NCBI GenBank assembly: GCA_963835065.1
Contig: CAWIEK010000046.1
Location: forward strand, 64,001-128,000
DNA from: an uncultured Chthonomonadaceae bacterium
GTDB lineage: Bacteria > Armatimonadota > Chthonomonadetes > Chthonomonadales > Chthonomonadaceae
Reading direction: 5' to 3'
DNA: 64,000 nucleotides
The notes beneath the pieces are model-generated. The model saw only the letters and a list, made by a program, of their open reading frames with translations, had not been told where the DNA came from and made no database searches. The translations under genes and the position numbers were made by a program. Position 1 is the stretch's first letter, and the number at the start of each line of letters is the position of its first letter. This document shows positions 58,716 to 64,000 of this stretch, piece by piece.

Positions 58716-60842
58716 ATGGCACGAGAATACCCTTTAGAGAAAATTCGTAACATTGGCATTGCGGCTCATATTGACGCGGGCAAGACCACCTGTACCGAGC
58801 GCATCCTGTTCTACACCGGGCGCACGCACCGCATCGGCGAAGTGCATGAAGGCGCGGCCACAATGGACTGGATGACGCAGGAGCAGGAGCGCGGTATCAC
58901 CATTACGTCTGCGGCGACCACCTGTTTCTGGGGCCTGAACACCGACCCGGCGACAGCCGCGCGTGAGCGTTCGCATCGTATCAATATCATTGACACGCCC
59001 GGCCACGTAGACTTTACCGTCGAAGTGGAGCGTTCTATGCGCGTTCTGGATGGCGTTGTCGCGGTCTTCTGCGCGGTCGGCGGCGTACAGCCGCAGTCGG
59101 AAACCGTGTGGCGGCAGGCCAACAAGTACAAGGTTCCGCGTATCGCGTTCGTCAACAAGATGGATCGCATGGGCGCGAACTTCTTCGGCGTGGTCGAGAA
59201 AATGCGCGAACGGCTGGGCGCAAACGCGGTTCCGATCCAGATTCCTATCGGCGCAGAAGCCGAATTCCTGGGCGTGGTAGACCTCATTACGATGAAGGCC
59301 ATCAAGTACCACGACGATCAGGGCCAGACGTATGACGAAGTGGACATTCCCGCCGACCTGGTGGATGTGGCGAACGAGTACCACACCAAACTGGTGGAAG
59401 CGGCTGCCGAGTCCGACGAAAGCCTGATTGAAAAGTACCTGGAAGGCGAAGCGATTTCCATTGACGAAATCCGCAACGCCCTGCGCATGGGAACCATTGC
59501 CGGCACGGTAATGCCCGTCGTCTGCGGTTCGGCCTACAAGAACAAGGGCGTACAGCAATTGCTGGACGCGGTTCTGTACTACCTGCCGTCACCCCTGGAT
59601 GTGAGCGGCATCCCCGGCATCAACCCGGACAGGGGTACGGAAGAAACGCGGCAGCCTGCCGACGACCAGCCGTTCAGCGCCCTCGCGTTCAAAATCGCGC
59701 AGGATCAGTACGGCGTGTTGACGTTCTTCCGGGTTTATTCGGGAACGCTCAAAACGGGTGAAACCGTGTTGAACTCGACCCGTGACCGCAAGGAGCGCAT
59801 CGGGCGCATCGTGCGGATGCATGCCAACACCCGCGAGGATGTCAGCGAAGTAAACGCGGGCGACATTGCGGCCATCGTGGGCTTGAAGGATACGCGCACC
59901 GGGGATACGCTGTGCGACGACAAGAAGCCGATCATTCTGGAAGCCATTGACTTCCCGGAACCGGTTATCTCCATCGCCATTGAGCCGAAAACCAAAGCGG
60001 ATCAGGACAAACTCTCTTCCGCGCTGGTGAAACTGGCAAGCGAAGACCCGACGTTCCGCGTGTCAACCGACCCGGAAACCGCGCAGACCATTCTGGCGGG
60101 TATGGGCGAACTGCACCTGGACATCAAGGTTGACATTCTGAAGCGCACGTATGGCGTGGAAGCCAACTTCGGCGCTCCGCAGGTGGCGTACCGCGAAACC
60201 ATTGCGCAGCACGCGGTAGCGCGCGTTCCGTTCAAGCGGCAAACGGGCGGTTCCGGTCAGTATGGCGACTGTGAACTGGAAGTGGACCCGCAGGAACCGG
60301 GCAAGGGCTACGAGTTCGTCAACAAGCTGACGGGCGGCTCGATCCCGAAGGAATACGTTCCCGCCATTGAAAAAGGCGTGAAAGAAGCGCTGGAAGCGGG
60401 CGTGATTGCCGGCTATCCGGTCGTGGACGTGAAAGTGTCCGTTACGGACGGCTCGTACCACGAAGTAGACTCCAGCGAAATCGCCTTCAAGGTGGCTGCG
60501 AACCAGACCATGAAGGAAGCCCTGCGCAAAGGCCGCTCGTACATCAAAGAGCCGATTATGGCGATTGAAGTGACGACTCCCGAAGGCAACATGGGCGATG
60601 TGATCGGCGACATCAACCGTCGGCGCGGTCAGGTGGAAGGCATGGAGCCGGAGCCGGGCGGCAAGCAGGTCGTGCGCGCGCAGTGCCCGTTGTCCGAAAT
60701 GTTCGGCTACGTGAACGATCTGCGCGGGTTTACACAGGGCCGCGCGTCCTTCACCATGACGCCCTCGCACTACGCGGAAGTGCCGCGTAACGTGGCGGAA
60801 GAGATCGCCGCCAAGAGCGGCAAGCAGCCTGTCAAGGCGTAG
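58716..60842 (+). CDS. fusA: Elongation factor G
   Basis: [41 protein letters not shown] and [10 protein letters not shown] motifs. Confidence 0.98.
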   Translation: MAREYPLEKIRNIGIAAHIDAGKTTCTERILFYTGRTHRIGEVHEGAATMDWMTQEQERGITITSAATTCFWGLNTDPATAARERSHRINIIDTPGHVDFTVEVERSMRVLDGVVAVFCAVGGVQPQSETVWRQANKYKVPRIAFVNKMDRMGANFFGVVEKMRERLGANAVPIQIPIGAEAEFLGVVDLITMKAIKYHDDQGQTYDEVDIPADLVDVANEYHTKLVEAAAESDESLIEKYLEGEAISIDEIRNALRMGTIAGTVMPVVCGSAYKNKGVQQLLDAVLYYLPSPLDVSGIPGINPDRGTEETRQPADDQPFSALAFKIAQDQYGVLTFFRVYSGTLKTGETVLNSTRDRKERIGRIVRMHANTREDVSEVNAGDIAAIVGLKDTRTGDTLCDDKKPIILEAIDFPEPVISIAIEPKTKADQDKLSSALVKLASEDPTFRVSTDPETAQTILAGMGELHLDIKVDILKRTYGVEANFGAPQVAYRETIAQHAVARVPFKRQTGGSGQYGDCELEVDPQEPGKGYEFVNKLTGGSIPKEYVPAIEKGVKEALEAGVIAGYPVVDVKVSVTDGSYHEVDSSEIAFKVAANQTMKEALRKGRSYIKEPIMAIEVTTPEGNMGDVIGDINRRRGQVEGMEPEPGGKQVVRAQCPLSEMFGYVNDLRGFTQGRASFTMTPSHYAEVPRNVAEEIAAKSGKQPVKA

Positions 60843-60853
60843 CGCATCAACTC

Positions 60854-60896
60854 CGGGAGTAACGGGCAGACAACTGCCCGTTACTCCCGTTTCTTT
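60854..60896 (+). terminator. Strong intrinsic terminator after fusA
   Basis: 16-bp perfect stem CGGGAGTAACGGGCAG-ACAA-CTGCCCGTTACTCCCG followed by TTTCTTT. Confidence 0.85.
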
Positions 60897-60957
60897 GCCT
60901 GTGCAAGTGTTTGCAGGAAGTTTGTTGGGTGGTACAACGAAGTTGTGGAGTTAAGCC

Positions 60958-61272
60958 ATGCCGGTAATTAGAATTCATCCGACAGTTCCGCAGGCCCCGC
61001 CGGAGTTGGTTGCCGCGCTTGCAGAAGAATTGCGGCGCAATGCGCCCGAAGGGCCGGAAGACGCGCCACGTATAGTTGAGGAAGAAGCCGTGCGCGGCAA
61101 CTACTTCGCGGTTAAAGTAATCTGGGATGCCTGGAAAGGTCTCGCCCCGGAACTGCGCAGTCGCGCGATTATGGACGCCTACAATCAAGTCAGGCCGGAA
61201 GATGTGTCCCATATCAGTCTGGCAATCGGCTTTACCCATGCGGACGCGCAACGCTTCAATCTCACTTCTTGA
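60958..61272 (+). CDS. Hypothetical protein
   Basis: GGAG RBS; clean 104-aa ORF. Confidence 0.65.
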   Translation: MPVIRIHPTVPQAPPELVAALAEELRRNAPEGPEDAPRIVEEEAVRGNYFAVKVIWDAWKGLAPELRSRAIMDAYNQVRPEDVSHISLAIGFTHADAQRFNLTS

Positions 61273-61284
61273 TGCAAAGGCAGC

Positions 61285-61920
61285 ATGATGTCTTATCCTG
61301 AACCAGCCTGCGACCAATCTGCGCCTTTCCTGATGTGGGTAGAAGACGTGTATTTCATCAACAGGAAATGGCACAACGATCACGGGGTATGTTGAGAGGG
61401 GATCGTTCAGGATCAATACGATCAATGTGGAAGTGGTAGGGCTATGATCTGTATGCGCCTTGCCCACGTCCCACAAATGTTACGATGATGGAACAAGGCA
61501 CAAGGTAGCAAAAGACGATAGTTTGTGGAGAACAGGCAGGCATTTTGCTTCGCGCTTGGATAGACGTATTGATGTACAGTTAGGGCAGGTTGTATTGCTG
61601 CGCCGGGCAGTATTCGGGCAGTATAAAGCGATTCCACGGCTAATATACAATGTGCCTGAGCGAAGCAGAAGGCAGTGAAAACATTCGGCCTTTATCGCAG
61701 ATGAAGAAGTCGAATTCTTGTTTTGTAATGTATTATGTTCCGGGAACTTATACGTTCCTTGTCATGAGGTTTGATCTGGCAGCATCCGCGAACAGAGTTA
61801 ACACTGAATTGTACACTTCCTCATCCCATCGCAATGGAAGAAGGACAAGAGTTTACCGTTTACTGCGGCGGGAAAGTTGTTGGAGCAGGTAAGGTTGTCG
61901 AACTGATAATGAAATTTTGA
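61285..61920 (+). pseudogene. Divergent EF-Tu domain II-III homolog lacking the G domain, many indels
   Basis: Across frames: PEPACDQSAPFLMWVEDV, TGYVERG, VEVVGL, GEQAGILLR, DVQLGQV, AAPGSI, LSEAEG and PIAMEEGQEF...GGKVVGAGKV, collinear with EF-Tu. Confidence 0.75.
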
Positions 61921-61982
61921 TAGTGTAACGCGCGACACCGAAACGGTAGAGTAACGGACGCGCACATGCTGTAGCTTTGATT

Positions 61983-62400
61983 ATGGAACCATTGGCAGCA
62001 ACGATGGACAATGGCGCAGGAAGCGTCCGAAACGGCGCGGCTGGCGCAAGGGGATGCGGCTATCGCTCGGCAGCAAGTCGCGTACTATACGCGGCGTATC
62101 AAGCGGCAACGGCGATTATTGCTGTATCGTAAAGCTAGAAACCGCCCGTAACAGCGCGAAGCCTGGAGCCACGCCGAAACACCCGCCATTTCTTGCCACA
62201 AACACCTGCATTCGGTTATTACGTTCAGCGGAGTAAAGCGCTATGACATTGGCGTAAACGGCTGAGGGAACTGTACAAATAACGGGTTACTGCGGATTAT
62301 GTTGGCAGTGTCGATGTGACACCCCTGGCGGCTGCAAACGCCATCAAAGATATGCGCTATATGCTCAACACGCGAAGTTATTTTGCGAAAGAGCAATTCT
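61983..62400 (+). pseudogene. Frameshifted HEPN-domain gene, paralog of 63223-63624
   Basis: WQQ.W.MA, YRSAASR, AYQAA, EAWSHAETP and ELYK*RVTADY fragments. Confidence 0.7.
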
Positions 62401-62426
62401 TATGGCTCTGCCGAAATGGAACAGAA

Positions 62427-62660
62427 ATGGCGGAGCAAGATAATATGGCGGCGGATTGGCTCAAACAAGTTGCCGCTGACGTGAATTGCACCCAATTGTT
62501 ATGTGCCACCTACACTGCGCGCTGATAGAGATGGCTGTACATACACGGTACAACTGCAGTAATGCGGGTGACGCTTCGGAAAGAACCAATGGTGCTGGAG
62601 CCTGGAAGATCTTGGAGTCTCACGAACGCAAAGCCACGCTGGCATTTGATGATAATGCCC
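62427..62660 (+). pseudogene. Frameshifted small protein gene, probable paralog of 63627-63866
   Basis: DWLKQVAA, WLYI and LEDLG/EDSW-like fragments; same position after a HEPN gene. Confidence 0.45.
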
Positions 62661-62782
62661 GCTGGCGCGTAGCAAAAAGCGATTGTTCAAAGCCTTCGCA
62701 ATGCCGAACTGATTACTAAATTTTGAGGTATAATAGCAAGCCGGTCTGCGGACAACGGATGCCCGACCGGTTTTTTCTTGCA

Positions 62783-62872
62783 TCGGTGTTCGGTGTTCGG
62801 TATTGGGTATTCGGAAAGATACGCGCAATCAATCTGAACACCGAACACCGAACACCGAACACCGAACACCGA
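62783..62872. repeat. Tandem-heptamer hairpin (CGGTGTT)n ... (AACACCG)n in the rpsJ leader
   Basis: Inverted arms seen directly. Confidence 0.9.
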
Positions 62873-62889
62873 CACAGAAAGAGGAACCA

Positions 62890-63210
62890 ATGCCACCCCT
62901 CGGACGACAGGACAAGGTTCGCATTCGCTTGCGCGCCTTTGACCACCGCATCCTGGATCAGTCGGCAGAAAAGATCGTGGATACCGCCAAGCGCACGGGA
63001 GCGCGCGTGGCCGGACCCGTTCTCCTGCCAACCGACAAGGTGATTATCTGCGTGAACCGCAGCACGACCATTGACAAAGAAAGCATGGAGCATTTCGAGC
63101 AGCGGACGCACAAGCGCCTGATTGACATTCTCGAACCCGGCCCCAAAACCATTGACGCGCTGATGCGCCTCGACCTGCCCAGCGGCGTTGACATTGAAAT
63201 CAAGCTGTAA
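62890..63210 (+). CDS. rpsJ: 30S ribosomal protein S10
   Basis: [34 protein letters not shown] and GVDIEIKL motifs; ATG 62890 after GAGG. Confidence 0.97.
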   Translation: MPPLGRQDKVRIRLRAFDHRILDQSAEKIVDTAKRTGARVAGPVLLPTDKVIICVNRSTTIDKESMEHFEQRTHKRLIDILEPGPKTIDALMRLDLPSGVDIEIKL

Positions 63211-63222
63211 GGCAAAATACGC

Positions 63223-63624
63223 ATGGAACTCTGGCAGCAATGGTTTGCAATGGCGATTGAATCCAATAATGCGGCAGAAAATGCGCAAAGCGCCCAACAT
63301 TGGCGTTCCAGCGTAAGCCGGTACTATTATTCAGCGTATCAGGCTGTTTCGGCTGTGTTGATTTATCGCGGACTGACGCCGCCACCAGAGGAAGAAGCCT
63401 GGGGACATGCTTCCACGCCGGACATGCTTGTGGAGCATTTCGGAACCTACATTCGCAGCAAGGATGTCAGGCAACGCTACGCAAATCAACTGCGGGAGTT
63501 GTACGCCTGGCGGATCAAAGCGGATTATCGTGGAAACGAGCAACTCCGAGCAAGCATCGGCGTTGTTCGTAAAAATGCCAACAGGTTGGTAGAAATGGCA
63601 GAGGGCATACTGCCGGAGGTATAG
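63223..63624 (+). CDS. HEPN domain protein
   Basis: [14 protein letters not shown]...H...[13 protein letters not shown] (R-x4-Y HEPN motif). Confidence 0.8.
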   Translation: MELWQQWFAMAIESNNAAENAQSAQHWRSSVSRYYYSAYQAVSAVLIYRGLTPPPEEEAWGHASTPDMLVEHFGTYIRSKDVRQRYANQLRELYAWRIKADYRGNEQLRASIGVVRKNANRLVEMAEGILPEV

Positions 63625-63626
63625 CG

Positions 63627-63866
63627 ATGTACGAAGATATTCGGAATTGGCTATGCACAGAAGCGCAACAACGCAACATCCAGGCTGTTTTTCACATGGA
63701 TCGCGTTGAAACGCACAACGGTTGGATTAAGTTGCCTGTTCGCATTGAGGGCGAGGATTTAGACACCGGTGATCGCGTAGAAATAATGTCGGAATTGGAA
63801 GACTCTTGGAATGACCGGGAGCCAGCGCCTGAACCTCGACTCCATTTGTCACTGACGAAGAGGTAA
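63627..63866 (+). CDS. Small hypothetical protein coupled to the HEPN gene
   Basis: Starts 2 nt after the HEPN stop; GGAGG RBS. Confidence 0.7.
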   Translation: MYEDIRNWLCTEAQQRNIQAVFHMDRVETHNGWIKLPVRIEGEDLDTGDRVEIMSELEDSWNDREPAPEPRLHLSLTKR

Positions 63867-63886
63867 CAAATAGAACTTGTTGCTTA

Positions 63887-64000
63887 ATGGAAGTTGCCTT
63901 GGCTGATTTGTTGGAGAAACCAATTGGTTTGGATTTCGAAGCGTTTCATGCCTGGCTGCAGCAAGAGGCAAAGACGCGAAACATTCAGGCTTATTTCGCT
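63887..64000 (+). CDS. 5' part of a paralog of the preceding small protein (truncated by window end)
   Basis: FHAWLQQEAKTRNIQAYF versus IRNWLCTEAQQRNIQAVF. Confidence 0.65.
   Translation, partial: MEVALADLLEKPIGLDFEAFHAWLQQEAKTRNIQAYFA

Noticed and set aside
1..64000. rRNA, tRNA, prophage or IS transposase genes
   Set aside because: No recognisable sequence signatures by inspection; a covariance-model scan was not possible.

Overview
GC-rich bacterial chromosomal window, tentatively Armatimonadota-like (inference from gene content; not provable here). Core content: hppD/FAH, nusA-ylxR-infB-DUF503-rbfA-nrnA, fhs, M32 carboxypeptidase, dnaG-sigma70, P5C dehydrogenase, rpsL-rpsG-fusA and rpsJ. 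No rRNA, tRNA, CRISPR array, transposase or recombinase gene was recognised. Most striking: at 6471-9775 five small, co-oriented accessory genes form four 'cassettes' delimited by a conserved ~80-100 bp imperfect-palindromic site. The site has an invariant central GA and fixed 24/19-nt arms, and the outermost copies are half-sites. It is not an integron attC, and it looks like a tandem cassette array built by an unidentified, possibly serine-type, recombinase. Other notable items: the tufA slot between fusA and rpsJ holds a divergent, G-domain-less EF-Tu domain II-III remnant plus HEPN/small-protein modules; a TlpA-type redoxin has an in-frame UGA in its CxxC motif (probable selenoprotein); many hairpin elements built from tandem 7-9-mers occur, some in frame inside genes; and there is a REP/MITE-like family. 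Many frameshifts are present and may be sequencing indels, so pseudogene calls are provisional.
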